Part shown: piece after piece, positions 33,958 to 43,564 of the stretch | Layout: every line of letters begins with the position of its first letter | Position numbering within the stretch: position 1 is the stretch's first letter | DNA from: Candidatus Bathyarchaeota archaeon | GTDB taxonomy: Archaea > Thermoproteota > Bathyarchaeia > Bathyarchaeales > Bathycorpusculaceae | Reading direction: 5' to 3' | DNA: 64,000 bases | NCBI GenBank assembly: GCA_963702095.1 | Contig: OY969706.1 | Location: 704,001 to 768,000 of the forward strand | Made by a program: the position numbers and the translations under genes | Notes under the pieces: model-generated | Database searches by the model: none | Told to the model about the DNA's origin: nothing | The model's input: the letters and a program-made list of their open reading frames with translations, nothing else

Positions 33958-34245
33958 CTAGGAGAGCAATACTGCTAGTTGCTTGTCCTCTTCAATTTGC
34001 AGTACCTGCTTCAATTCGCTAAAAACTTTTAGGGCGCTCAACCCTTTCTCAGATAGAGCATACACGACTCGCACTTTTTTAATAACCCGCTCCTCTACGA
34101 GCCTATTCTTAATAAGAAAGTCAAGACTCACTTTTAGGATGTTACAATTAATGTTAGATTTATACATTATATGAGTTATCTTGAGGGGACCACTGGATAA
34201 AACATTAAGAATGTCTAAATAGATTTCTAATTTAGAGCGTCTCAC
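33958..34245 (-). CDS. Archaeal winged-HTH protein (HTH_45-like)
   Basis: MRRSKLEIYLDIL...KITHIMYKSNIN...Y.LSEKG; start overlaps upstream stop (GTGA). Confidence 0.9.
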   Translation of the reverse strand: MRRSKLEIYLDILNVLSSGPLKITHIMYKSNINCNILKVSLDFLIKNRLVEERVIKKVRVVYALSEKGLSALKVFSELKQVLQIEEDKQLAVLLS

Positions 34246-34439
34246 TGAGATACTTCCACTAAAGGTATCATCTCAAAAATAAAGCTGGGTTGCTTTCTGG
34301 TATAAACAACAAGCCTATTTTCAAACGCCGTAACTAGATCATCGATTAAAATTTCCTGTACATACCTTGGAAGCCCCTTAATTTCTTGGCAGAGCGCTTG
34401 AGATATTTTTTCTTTTACAATCTTTCTGTTTTGTTTCAT
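34242..34439 (-). CDS. Small helical protein (ILIDDLVTAFENRL motif) translationally coupled to a wHTH gene
   Basis: 4-nt overlap with 33958..34245; two further paralogous copies in the window. Confidence 0.75.
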   Translation of the reverse strand: MKQNRKIVKEKISQALCQEIKGLPRYVQEILIDDLVTAFENRLVVYTRKQPSFIFEMIPLVEVSQ

Positions 34440-34608
34440 AAACTTTCACTTAGGGAGGATTACTGTTGAATAGACGCCAGTACATAATTCCTTTACGACT
34501 TCTAAATTCATATTGAGAAAACTTGTTAATTCTTGAATTCTGCATTCTTATTCCTGCTTCATAATTGATTAATAATCTAAACTTGACTAGTCTAAAGAGG
34601 ATAACCTT

Positions 34609-34769
34609 TTGAAAGATAGAGGCTCAAACCAAAAGACTCTCAAAGCGGACTGGCGGTAGCCCTGAGCGATGAGCTGAAAACTCTATCTGTTGATATGAGA
34701 AACATCCTCTTAGATGACCTAGTTTGCGCATTTGAAAACAGACTAAAGATTCTCCAAGGCAGAATCTAG
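34609..34769 (+). pseudogene. Frameshifted paralog of 34242..34439
   Basis: LAVALSDELKTLSVDMRNILLDDLVCAFENRLKIL. Confidence 0.7.
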
Positions 34770-34809
34770 CGAAAATTCTTAGCGCGCCTAGAGGAAATTG
34801 AGGTTATCA

Positions 34810-35031
34810 ATGCCACGTTCTAATTTAGAAATTTATGTAAACATACTATAAGCCTTGGCGTCTAAGCATCTAATCAACACATCAGGAATAATGCGTAAAT
34901 CAAACCTTAACAGCAGCACAGCAGTAAAAGAACACCTTTAGTTTCTCCTAACCAACAACCTGATTGATAAGATTAATCTCAAAAAGAAGGTTGCCTATTC
35001 AATAACTCCAAAAGCTTCAAACATTTGTTAA
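34810..35031 (+). pseudogene. HTH_45-like wHTH pseudogene
   Basis: MPRSNLEIYVNIL*ALAS...IMRKSNLN...KEHL*FLLTNNLI...YSITPK, with two in-frame stops. Confidence 0.75.
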
Positions 35032-35261
35032 AATAAACGAACCATTCCAATTAGGTAAGGAAGACCTTCACCTTTCTTGTTCTAACATGGGGGGAAGTTT
35101 CGACTTTCCTTTAATCCAAATTTCGAGCTTTTCAGTTTGTTCAGCATAATTGCAACAAGAAATAGCGGAAAAAAAATTTTTTTCATAAAAAAGAATTAGA
35201 TAATGATACGAAAATAGGAAAAAGCTTAAATTAATGCTTTTAAATTATCTAATGAACAGGT

Positions 35262-35528
35262 ATGGTAACTAGCAAACTCGAACAATATCTCACAATTGCT
35301 AAGACAATAATGGAATCAGGACCCCTAACCTTTGAACAGTTAACCCGCCTTTTAAGAGTCAACACATTTTCCTTGAAAAAAGCATTAGGTTTTTTGGTTG
35401 ACCAAGGATTGGTTAAAGCAAATAACACAGATAAAAAAGTCACTTATACATTAGCGCCGGGTGGATTCAACATTCTGTCCTTCTTCAAACTCCTTCCCTT
35501 GGAAGAGCCCCGAGAAATCCATGTTTAG
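35262..35528 (+). CDS. Winged-HTH protein (HTH_45-like)
   Basis: SKLEQYL.I......GPL...LKKALGFLVDQGLV...Y.L...G pattern. Confidence 0.8.
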   Translation: MVTSKLEQYLTIAKTIMESGPLTFEQLTRLLRVNTFSLKKALGFLVDQGLVKANNTDKKVTYTLAPGGFNILSFFKLLPLEEPREIHV

Positions 35529-35711
35529 ATGACTTAACCCCCTTACTGCTTGCTTTTATGCGAATTTGCTTTTGAAAGAAGAAGACTTTGTTTTTGTGAG
35601 TATTTGTGTGCAGCTTGTTTCAGGTTCTTTTTTGTGTGCAAAGCTTTAATTGTTTGCTGGTTGTGTCATTGGACGTCAAGCAGCGTCTTGAAAAGTCAGA
35701 GGTTGGTTACT

Positions 35712-35983
35712 GTGCCTTTAACTGAGAGAGTTAAGTTCAAAACCCGGTTGCAGCGTGGAAACAGAGTTCAGATCCCGAAATTAGTTCGTTGGCAATTTAG
35801 GCTTGAAACGGATCAAATTCTTAAAGTGAGCGTAAGCGTGGTTGGGTTTTGCAGGAGAGCTTTTTGACTAAAATGGGGAAAGATGGGCGTATTGTTGTTC
35901 CTTCGCTGATTTTATTTTTGTTGAAGAAGGATACGCCGGGTCTTGAGGGCTATGTAATGGATGTCACGCTTGAGCCTTGCTGA
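35712..35983 (+). CDS. Double AbrB/SpoVT-like DNA-binding protein; frameshift near 35850
   Basis: MPLTERVKFKTRLQRGNRVQIPKLVRWQF then, in the next frame, ESFLTKMGKDGRIVVP...VMDVTLEPC. Confidence 0.65.
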
Positions 35984-36539
35984 GGGGAAGTGGGGTTTCA
36001 AGTTTGTTATTTATTTGAGGCAGCTATTTTGGGTTTGCAAACTATTCGAATGTTGACAAGTTGGTTTAGGTAGACGCGCGCTTGCCCAAGAGAAGCTAAG
36101 TGCAAGTTGGGAACAAATACCATAGTCACGATCAGACTGTAAGCCATATCCGTTAGGTCTCGCAGGCATATAGGAGGGGGTTATTGGTATAATTCCACCG
36201 CAAGCTAAAGGAGGAAAAATAATCCTCCAATGGAAGAAAAAAATGTTTTTTCGGCTACATTTCATGAGGGCCTAATTTAAGTTGCCTTTCTATTATCAGG
36301 TTTGCAGCTCTTGCTGTTTGCGCATCAAAAGTCTATATAAGTCGATGAAAGGTTGGATTCAGCTTATGCTACTAAACAGAAAAAACAACCTCCTAAACGC
36401 ACCTGTAACGGGGCAGTCGCTTTTCAAAGTCCTAAACTAATCCCCGGCACCGCAAACTAACGATAAACCGAACCTTAACCTGTTGTATCTCCCGCGATCT
36501 TTTTTTGAAAATCCCAAAGTGGGATTACCCGAGAATGAA

Positions 36540-36764
36540 TGTTAAAGCCATAAACAGCTATACGGAGTAGCAGCTATCTGCAAACAGAACGCAAGCATGA
36601 CTGCGAGCTTTAGCAAAAACACAGTACCAGCAGGCTCAAACGCCAAAGTAACCTTCACAGTAGCTAGAACAACAGGACAAGGAATTTACACCATAACAAT
36701 TGCGGGCATAGATAACGCAGGATTGTCGCATAAAACTCAGATTAGTGTAACGGTCAGGAGATAA
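36540..36764 (+). pseudogene. Orphan Ig-like C-terminal domain fragment, copy 1
   Basis: TASFSKNTVPAGSNAKVTFTVARTTGQGIYTITIAGID...VTVRR*; no intact 5' part. Confidence 0.6.
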
Positions 36765-37552
36765 AAAAAATCTCCATCTACTTCTTTTTTATAGTTATCA
36801 GTTATAAAACTCTAGCGAAAAAGCGTTGAAAGAGCAGTTAACTAAACATTCCCTATAATAACCGCAGGCATTACAGAATTAATGAAACACTAAAAAACCA
36901 GCGCATTGCCAAGTCTTGACTCAATACGAGTTAGAAAACTGTTTAGCATGAGATGGATAGGATACAACTGCCGGTACCGGACTGTAGATTTCCGTTAGGT
37001 CTTGTCTCGCAGGTAAATAAATAAGAGGCTTATTAGTGATTGAAGATTCAACATAAGTTAACAGAGGAAAATGGTCTCTGGTTGAAGAAAAAATGCATAT
37101 ATAGAGGCAAATTTTGAGGCTTAATTTGTTGCGGTTATGGTACATGATTGCAATTTTTTCTGTTTCCGTCGCTAAAACTCTCATTGCTCGATCAAAGGCT
37201 AAGATCCGATTCATGGGAAGCTTACCAGAAACAGGTTGAGCAATAAAATCGCTGACTGCAACAATGAAAATTGGTGAAATATTATTTGAACAAAAGAAGA
37301 ACAAATCGTCTTTTTCCAGAAAAAGGCTGTTTTTTCTTCTCTCAAAACCTTGAGCTTAGGCCAAGCTTTCTTTTGGGTTCTACCAACTGATGCTCGTCAT
37401 TTATATCCTATGGTTCGCCTTTTACCCAACCAACGGGCCCAAATCCAACAAAAAGACGAATTTTGCCGTTTGCCGTTCCTTGCGACCTATTTGCATGCTG
37501 AGATGATTTAGGTAGATGAGCGCTTGCTATAGAGGGTACGACTAAGACTAAC

Positions 37553-37712
37553 TGTTAAAGCCATAAACAGCTACCATGGGTAGCATCTGTCTGCAAACGA
37601 AATTCCAGCAAAGTAACCGCAAGCTTTAGCAAAAAACCCTTTTCCAGCAGGCTCTAATGCCAAAGTAACCTTAACAGTTGCAAGAACACCAGCACGGGGA
37701 ACCTTCAACTTA
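37553..37712 (+). repeat. Diverged direct copy of 36540..36690
   Basis: Shared tgttaaagccataaacagcta, agctttagcaaaaa, ccagcaggctc and gccaaagtaacctt. Confidence 0.8.
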
Positions 37713-38095
37713 ACGGAACCCTACCTACATACAAATCAACTTAAAGAATAATAAAACTATAAGTTAAAGATCATTGCGCAGAAAAAGTAAAATATCTCAA
37801 AATTTTGAAAATAAGAAAATACCGTAGTCATCAGATCTACACAAGTATATTTAAATAAAGTAGTTTTCTGGCTTTCCTGAAATTAGGGCCAGTTTTGAAG
37901 ATGGAGACATAAAGTTTTCAGAATGCCCATTACATTCACCCTGCGGTACATTAAAGAACAAGAAAGCACTGCTAAAGCACTGCTATTACCACACTAAGTC
38001 ACACTACACTGAGTAATGCAAGATACCAAATAATCACGAGAGTTATAGAATTAAAAAAAAGAAAAGGATGGGGATCTAGTTTTTCTGCAGGCTGC

Positions 38096-39613
38096 CTATG
38101 TGAGACCTGGAACGTAGGTCACTTCAACCCACACTTGAGTACACTCCGCATAGGACCAATATCCACCGTAACTACTAGTATATTGAGACCTGAGTTCAAC
38201 GCCGATCTGCAAAGCATTAATGTTTCCCCAAGTCCATTCTCCGCTTCCGAGGTTACCTGATTTAGTCGTGTAGTCAGTGTGGTAGTTTTGCCAACTGGTG
38301 GTCAGACTGATCGAACTACTGTCTTCTACGCTTCCTGTGCCAATTCTTAGTGCTGTTCTCGCTGAGACACTACTTTGATAATTGTTGTCTTCTTGACATC
38401 TGATGTAGATACCAACATTGGTGATCTTGCCAGTAAGTATCTGATCTGCAATGTTGTATGTGTCAGTCTGATAATTGTTGTCGCTATTGCCTCTAACGTA
38501 TGTTGTTGTGCCATCTGCTGTTTCCTCATCGACACGGTCCCAGTTTGCTGTGCCGGTTCCGCGCGGGTCCAAGTGGGTATCAGTTCCAACTGCATTTGGT
38601 CGAAGTGTTACTTTTGTAGCGAAGTTTGCTGTAACAGTGATTGATCCACTTGCGGCGTCGTCGATGTTCATTGTTGTTGATGCTGAAGTTGAACTGCCAA
38701 ATGTTACTGCGCCTGCCGGGCTACAGGTCCACGAATAGAATGTATTGCTGCCTGAGGGTGAAGCGACTATAGATATGCCTGTTTGACCAGCGTCGTATGA
38801 TTGCGGACTTGAGTTAGGGGTCGTTATTCCTCCTAGACTAACTTGGTTCACAGCGAAAGCCACTTGAACTGGAGTGGTAGCAGGTGTCACTTCTAGAGAT
38901 GCATAACCAACAATTGAAGAAACCGTAGCGGTTATGGTGTATCCGGTTCCAACGTCGCCTGCAGTCAGAGTGTTGCCTGAGAAACTTCCTCCATTACCAG
39001 AAACTGCCCAAGTAGTTGAAGAAGTAACATCCCAGTTTACAGAGCCATCAGTAGCAGTAGCGGTATAAGCTTGAGTTGTACCCGCCATAAGAGTAACAGA
39101 ATCTGGGGTAATAGTGATGCTTGTGGCGTCACCGTGAGCGGGGATTATAACAGTGCCGCCTGAGCCGGGTTTGCCTGTTGCACTCATAGATGTGCCGTCG
39201 GTTGTGGTAACTTTGATGTCATATCTTGTGTTAGGATCGTAAGCCTTGTCGTCTATTAGCAAGTCTACAGTGTTGCCTTCAGCAATTTGTTTGGATGTAT
39301 CAGTTGAGAAATCAGCTACCTGTTCACCATCTACATAAACAGCGCCAATCTGCACGGTTCCTTGCCCAACGTTCTGGACATAGACCACCATGTCATCGTC
39401 GTCGTTAACGGTAAAGCTAGGTAGAGCTATGGCGTTTCCGGTTTTGTCAGTTTGGAATCCGATGTAGCCGCTGACCCACGCGTAAACCACAAGGGACGCA
39501 ACAACTGCAATAGCAATCATAAGAAGCGTCGCTACAACAGGTGAAATTGCTCTAGTAGATCGTCGAAATTTAGTTACCACTCGAACATTACATTGTCTAA
39601 CCAATACTTTCAC
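38096..39613 (-). CDS. Type IV pilin-like adhesin with Ig-like stalk and jelly-roll tip
   Basis: RRSTRA|ISPVVATLLMIAIAVVASL; KVTTTDGT..GKPGSGG; C-terminal WT..NIN.L...VWVEVTY. Confidence 0.85.
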   Translation of the reverse strand: MKVLVRQCNVRVVTKFRRSTRAISPVVATLLMIAIAVVASLVVYAWVSGYIGFQTDKTGNAIALPSFTVNDDDDMVVYVQNVGQGTVQIGAVYVDGEQVADFSTDTSKQIAEGNTVDLLIDDKAYDPNTRYDIKVTTTDGTSMSATGKPGSGGTVIIPAHGDATSITITPDSVTLMAGTTQAYTATATDGSVNWDVTSSTTWAVSGNGGSFSGNTLTAGDVGTGYTITATVSSIVGYASLEVTPATTPVQVAFAVNQVSLGGITTPNSSPQSYDAGQTGISIVASPSGSNTFYSWTCSPAGAVTFGSSTSASTTMNIDDAASGSITVTANFATKVTLRPNAVGTDTHLDPRGTGTANWDRVDEETADGTTTYVRGNSDNNYQTDTYNIADQILTGKITNVGIYIRCQEDNNYQSSVSARTALRIGTGSVEDSSSISLTTSWQNYHTDYTTKSGNLGSGEWTWGNINALQIGVELRSQYTSSYGGYWSYAECTQVWVEVTYVPGLT

Positions 39614-39665
39614 ATCTCACTAAATTACAAATAGATATTCTACGTAGCGATAAGTTGATTTCATG

Positions 39666-39696
39666 TTATATAAAATTTCATAGAAGAATACTCTAT
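39666..39696 (-). promoter_or_regulatory. Pilin promoter: ATAGA-N7-TCTAT palindrome plus BRE/TATA
   Basis: Minus strand reads ATAGAGTATTCTTCTAT-GAAA-TTTTATATAA; conserved before three pilin genes. Confidence 0.75.
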
Positions 39697-40074
39697 AGAG
39701 CAAAATTAGATAAAACAAGTCTAAAGGATAACTTTTTCACCCAAATATTCCTAAAGGAGGCACCATCTCTCAGCGACCGCCCCTCCCCCACGCCTACGCT
39801 CTTTATGTGGGTGTGGCATTTTACGGCACACCACAAGAATGCAAAAGCGGCACGTTGCTTTTTGGGTTCGGGCTGTTTTTCTCTGTTTGTTTCGGTGTGG
39901 GCTGCGTGATTTCCTCCACAAGAATAACATACCTCTATGTTGGATTTGTCTGGGTGTGTATGTGGTGGCATGTTGAATCCGCTTAAGAATCCACCGCATA
40001 TCAATGAAACGCAATGTAATCAGGCACTAACATAGCCACCCGACGTAGTCAAAAAATTCCAAACAAAACAGCAA

Positions 40075-40908
40075 TTATCCGTCGCTGAATTCGCATCTGT
40101 CCCATTTGTCCCAGAAGAGCGCTTGACACGCAGCCACCAGCGCGGGGTGCTTTGTCCACAGTTCGGGTCCTTTGGCCAGTGGACTGTTGGGGGTGAAAGC
40201 CACTACCGCTTGCGTCCTATCGAAGACGGTCATTGCGGCAGTGGGCGGCTCCGGCGTGGTTTTGAGTTTGAAATTTGGGTGCTTGACCAAGGCAGTTTTG
40301 ACCCATTCGGGCAGGCAATGCACAGGCGGCTTCTCCGCAAGCAACTCCACCATCACACCCCTTTTGACTGCCTCCAGCAACTCCGCCTCAAAAAGAAAAC
40401 AAAACTGCCGAAACTGAACCCAACTCAACACTGCTTGCACCCGATGCTGGGCACTCCCAATCGCAGTCTGAAAGTTATTTTCGCCAGCCGTCTCCGAGAC
40501 AACGCCAAAAGACGGTGCGCCTTCTATGGGGTTTGGTATGATTTGCCTGAACTTTTTCGACAGCGCCATAGCCTGCTTGGTCATGAGGTTGAGTTCGGCT
40601 AGTTTGCGTTCAATGAGCAGCCCTGTTCCTTGAGCAATGGGCACAGCCGAGAAGCGCGTCGGGACAGTAAGGCAACGCTTTACCAGCCCCAACTGCTCCA
40701 GTTCCCCAAGAAGCCGATAAACCTCTTGACGTTCAATAGAAGCAAAACACGAAATCGCCTTAGCTTTGGTATCGCCAATTTTTAGCAATGCTAAATAAAT
40801 CCTCGCCTGCTTAGTTGAAAGCCCCAAGCTAGCCAAAACATCCACTCCCTCCACGCTTGACACGCTTCGGTTAAGTATTTGTGGGGGTTTTGTCAGGGGT
40901 GTTTGCAT
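40075..40908 (-). CDS. TrmB family transcriptional regulator
   Basis: LGLSTKQARIYLALL...RQEVYRLL..L...GLV....P.RF.A.P; C-terminal effector-like domain. Confidence 0.9.
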   Translation of the reverse strand: MQTPLTKPPQILNRSVSSVEGVDVLASLGLSTKQARIYLALLKIGDTKAKAISCFASIERQEVYRLLGELEQLGLVKRCLTVPTRFSAVPIAQGTGLLIERKLAELNLMTKQAMALSKKFRQIIPNPIEGAPSFGVVSETAGENNFQTAIGSAQHRVQAVLSWVQFRQFCFLFEAELLEAVKRGVMVELLAEKPPVHCLPEWVKTALVKHPNFKLKTTPEPPTAAMTVFDRTQAVVAFTPNSPLAKGPELWTKHPALVAACQALFWDKWDRCEFSDG

Positions 40909-41058
40909 TTTTTTCGTTCTTTTTGTTTAATGCTTTCCATGCTAATTACGCTGTCAAACAATATAACATTTACTTAATTTTACTTAAAAGTACAGAATAA
41001 CACAGAAAAATACAGATAACCCCTAAACGTGGCGACAATCATACTAAATCGGATGTAA

Positions 41059-41217
41059 ATGGTAAAAGTTAAGCTTACAGTCAGTATCCAGCCGGACATA
41101 GTTCACTGGATAGATGAACAAGTAGCACAAGGCCACTTCGCAGACAGAAGCCACGCAGTCCAATACTCCATGCTAAAAGTCAAAGAACTGATAGAAAAAG
41201 GACAAATAAAATTCTAA
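41059..41217 (+). CDS. Ribbon-helix-helix (CopG-like) protein, 52 aa (not in ORF track)
   Basis: MVKVKLTVSIQPDIVHWIDEQVAQGHFADRSHAVQ; paralog of 58049..58207. Confidence 0.85.
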   Translation: MVKVKLTVSIQPDIVHWIDEQVAQGHFADRSHAVQYSMLKVKELIEKGQIKF

Positions 41218-41441
41218 ACAAATCAGTCTGTGTTGAGAACCCAGTCACCCTCAAAGCGGCCCTCCTTTTAAAAATCAACCAAAACCAACCTACCCAAATC
41301 AACAATGATCAAGCCCTCGGTGGGACTTCGCCACCCTTTTCCATGAAAAAAGGAAAATACGCTAATTAAAAACCAGTACGTACAAGTGTTTTTAAAAAGG
41401 TTTAAAAAGAAAGAAAAGAGGTTTTTGAATAACCATAGCAC

Positions 41442-43214
41442 CTAAGGAATATAGGTGACTTCTATGGGTATCCAATCGAGATTTATGGTATCAGCGCCGC
41501 CGCTTAGAACGTGTGTTACTTTGGCCTGGATCATGTTGCTATTTATGTTGCTGGTTGTCCAAGTTGTCCATTCTGTTACATCGACATAGAAATTGTTTGC
41601 ATCGGAGTTTGGCAAATTATAGGTATATGTGCTTGATAACCAAGTTGAACCGCCGTCTGCACTAACTTCTAGCAGTAGGTCATCGTTTCCCGGGGAGGAT
41701 ACGTAGGCGTCTAATCTTACACGTACTTGGGCAATGCTGGCACTTGAAGCAATTGTAAAGCCGTAACCGCTGTATGTGCAAGTATCCCCACCTGAACCAG
41801 ATGTAGCACGACCAGAACCATCTGAGTATGCTCTATATTCGTCAGTCCAAGCGCCTCCACTATCGGCTGTAGGTGATTTTGGATCAACGGTTGGGCTACG
41901 TACCTGAACGGTAGTGGTTGCTTCTGTTAAGCCTGTGGAAGTAGCGGTGAATGTCAAAGTTGCAGGAAGAGGATTTCCAGTCCAATAACCATAGTAGACA
42001 TTGACAGAGCTAGAATCGGCAGGCAGAGTGATACTAAATATTGCAGTGGTATCGCCTTTATGCGCATAGAAGTTGGCAAAGTTGACTCCGCCATCATCCA
42101 GATTTATCGTGATAGCGCCACCATTTGTTGTGGGATTGCCAGATGCGGTTTGTCTTTCAATAGTGAACAGTGTATTAACTCCAGCGGCTATCGGTGAAGG
42201 ATGCACAGTAAAGGCCAATTTTTCTGCAACTCCACTTGTCACTGTGAATGTTTCTGAGTCTGTACCTGAACTTGCATCAGTGGCTGAGACTACGTAGTCT
42301 TCGTTGGCGATAGTTGGGACGTTGAAAGTGCAGCTGAAAGCACCTGCCGCGCTTGTGGTGACAGATGATGGTGTAGTCGTCACGATTTCACTATTAAATC
42401 TAATAGTTATGGCTGAGGTAGCGGCGAAATTAGTGCCAGAGACAGTAACTGTTGTTCCTGATGAACCGGTTGCTGGGTTTAGAGTTATAGCTGGAGCTGC
42501 TGATACTGTGAATGTTTCTGAGTCTGTACCTGAACTTGAATCAGTGGCTGAGACTGCGTAAGCGCCATTAGCAGATGTTGGAACGTTGAAAGTACAACTG
42601 AATGCACCGCTTGCACTGGTTGTAACGCTTGTTGGAGCGGTTGTAACAACTGCACCGTTAAATCTGATTGTAATTGCCGAAGTAGCAGCAAAATTGGTGC
42701 CTGAAACTGTTACCGTTGTTCCAGAAAGACCGCTGGGGGGATTCAATGTAATGGCAGGAATAACCGTTACTGTTCCGCCTGAGCCTGGTTTCCCTGTTGC
42801 TGTCATGGATGTGCCATCGGTTGTGGTTACTTTAAGGTCGTATCTTGTGTCTTTATTGTATTGGCCTTCAACAGTTAATTCAGTAGTATCTCCTTCTCCA
42901 AGGACAGGATTACTGGTTGTAAAGGTTTTTTGTTCACCGTTTATGTACACTGCGCCGACTTCGGTTGTTCCCTGTCCAACGTTTTGAACATAGACAACCA
43001 TTCTGCCGTCATCAGCCACTGCAAAGCTGGGGATGGCTATGGCTTTTCCTGCGTTGCCTGTTTGGAAGCCTATGTAGCCGGCTACCCATGCGTATACTAC
43101 GAGTGAGGCGACTACGGCTATGGCTATCATTAGTAGGGTTGCGATTACTGGTGAGATTGCTTTTGCTGATCGTTTGAATTTTGTTGATAATCTTACGTTA
43201 TGTATTCTTGTCAA
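41442..43214 (-). CDS. Type IV pilin-like adhesin with two IPT/TIG-like repeats, an Ig domain and a jelly-roll tip
   Basis: KRSAKA|ISPVIATLLM; duplicated PAITLNP..G.SGTTVTVSGTNFAATSAITIRFN; ends LDWIPIEVTYIP. Confidence 0.88.
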   Translation of the reverse strand: MTRIHNVRLSTKFKRSAKAISPVIATLLMIAIAVVASLVVYAWVAGYIGFQTGNAGKAIAIPSFAVADDGRMVVYVQNVGQGTTEVGAVYINGEQKTFTTSNPVLGEGDTTELTVEGQYNKDTRYDLKVTTTDGTSMTATGKPGSGGTVTVIPAITLNPPSGLSGTTVTVSGTNFAATSAITIRFNGAVVTTAPTSVTTSASGAFSCTFNVPTSANGAYAVSATDSSSGTDSETFTVSAAPAITLNPATGSSGTTVTVSGTNFAATSAITIRFNSEIVTTTPSSVTTSAAGAFSCTFNVPTIANEDYVVSATDASSGTDSETFTVTSGVAEKLAFTVHPSPIAAGVNTLFTIERQTASGNPTTNGGAITINLDDGGVNFANFYAHKGDTTAIFSITLPADSSSVNVYYGYWTGNPLPATLTFTATSTGLTEATTTVQVRSPTVDPKSPTADSGGAWTDEYRAYSDGSGRATSGSGGDTCTYSGYGFTIASSASIAQVRVRLDAYVSSPGNDDLLLEVSADGGSTWLSSTYTYNLPNSDANNFYVDVTEWTTWTTSNINSNMIQAKVTHVLSGGADTINLDWIPIEVTYIP

Positions 43215-43285
43215 TTGTTTTTTCCCTTCTTTTCCCTAATTTTTATAACTAGTTTTTTACTTAGCGCTAGTTACATAGTCAGTGC

Positions 43286-43315
43286 TATATAAGAATTCAT
43301 AGAATAATGCTCTAT
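43286..43315 (-). promoter_or_regulatory. Pilin promoter: ATAGA-N7-TCTAT palindrome plus BRE/TATA
   Basis: Minus strand reads ATAGAGCATTATTCTAT-GAA-TTCTTATATA. Confidence 0.75.
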
Positions 43316-43564
43316 TCTAAATCAAGCAGTCACCTTACAGAGTTTAGAAAAGAAAGAAAACAATACTCTTTACTCGCTTCCATTCGGTTGTCATCCAATA
43401 TTTTGTCTTTCGGTGTTCCAAAAACTTTGAAACATTTGGTAGTAGCTGTATTTGTTTTAAAAGAAATCCAACATAATCCAAAAACAAGCTTTGAAAATAA
43501 AAGCGCTAACTATAGTTAATAGAGCTAAGCTTATTTAAGGTAATTTTTTAAAAAAAAGAAGGGA

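Noticed and set aside
39760-40060. Possible structured ncRNA or small ORFs between the pilin promoter and TrmB
   Set aside because: Only imperfect hairpins, no recognisable RNA family, and the overlapping ORFs look like noise
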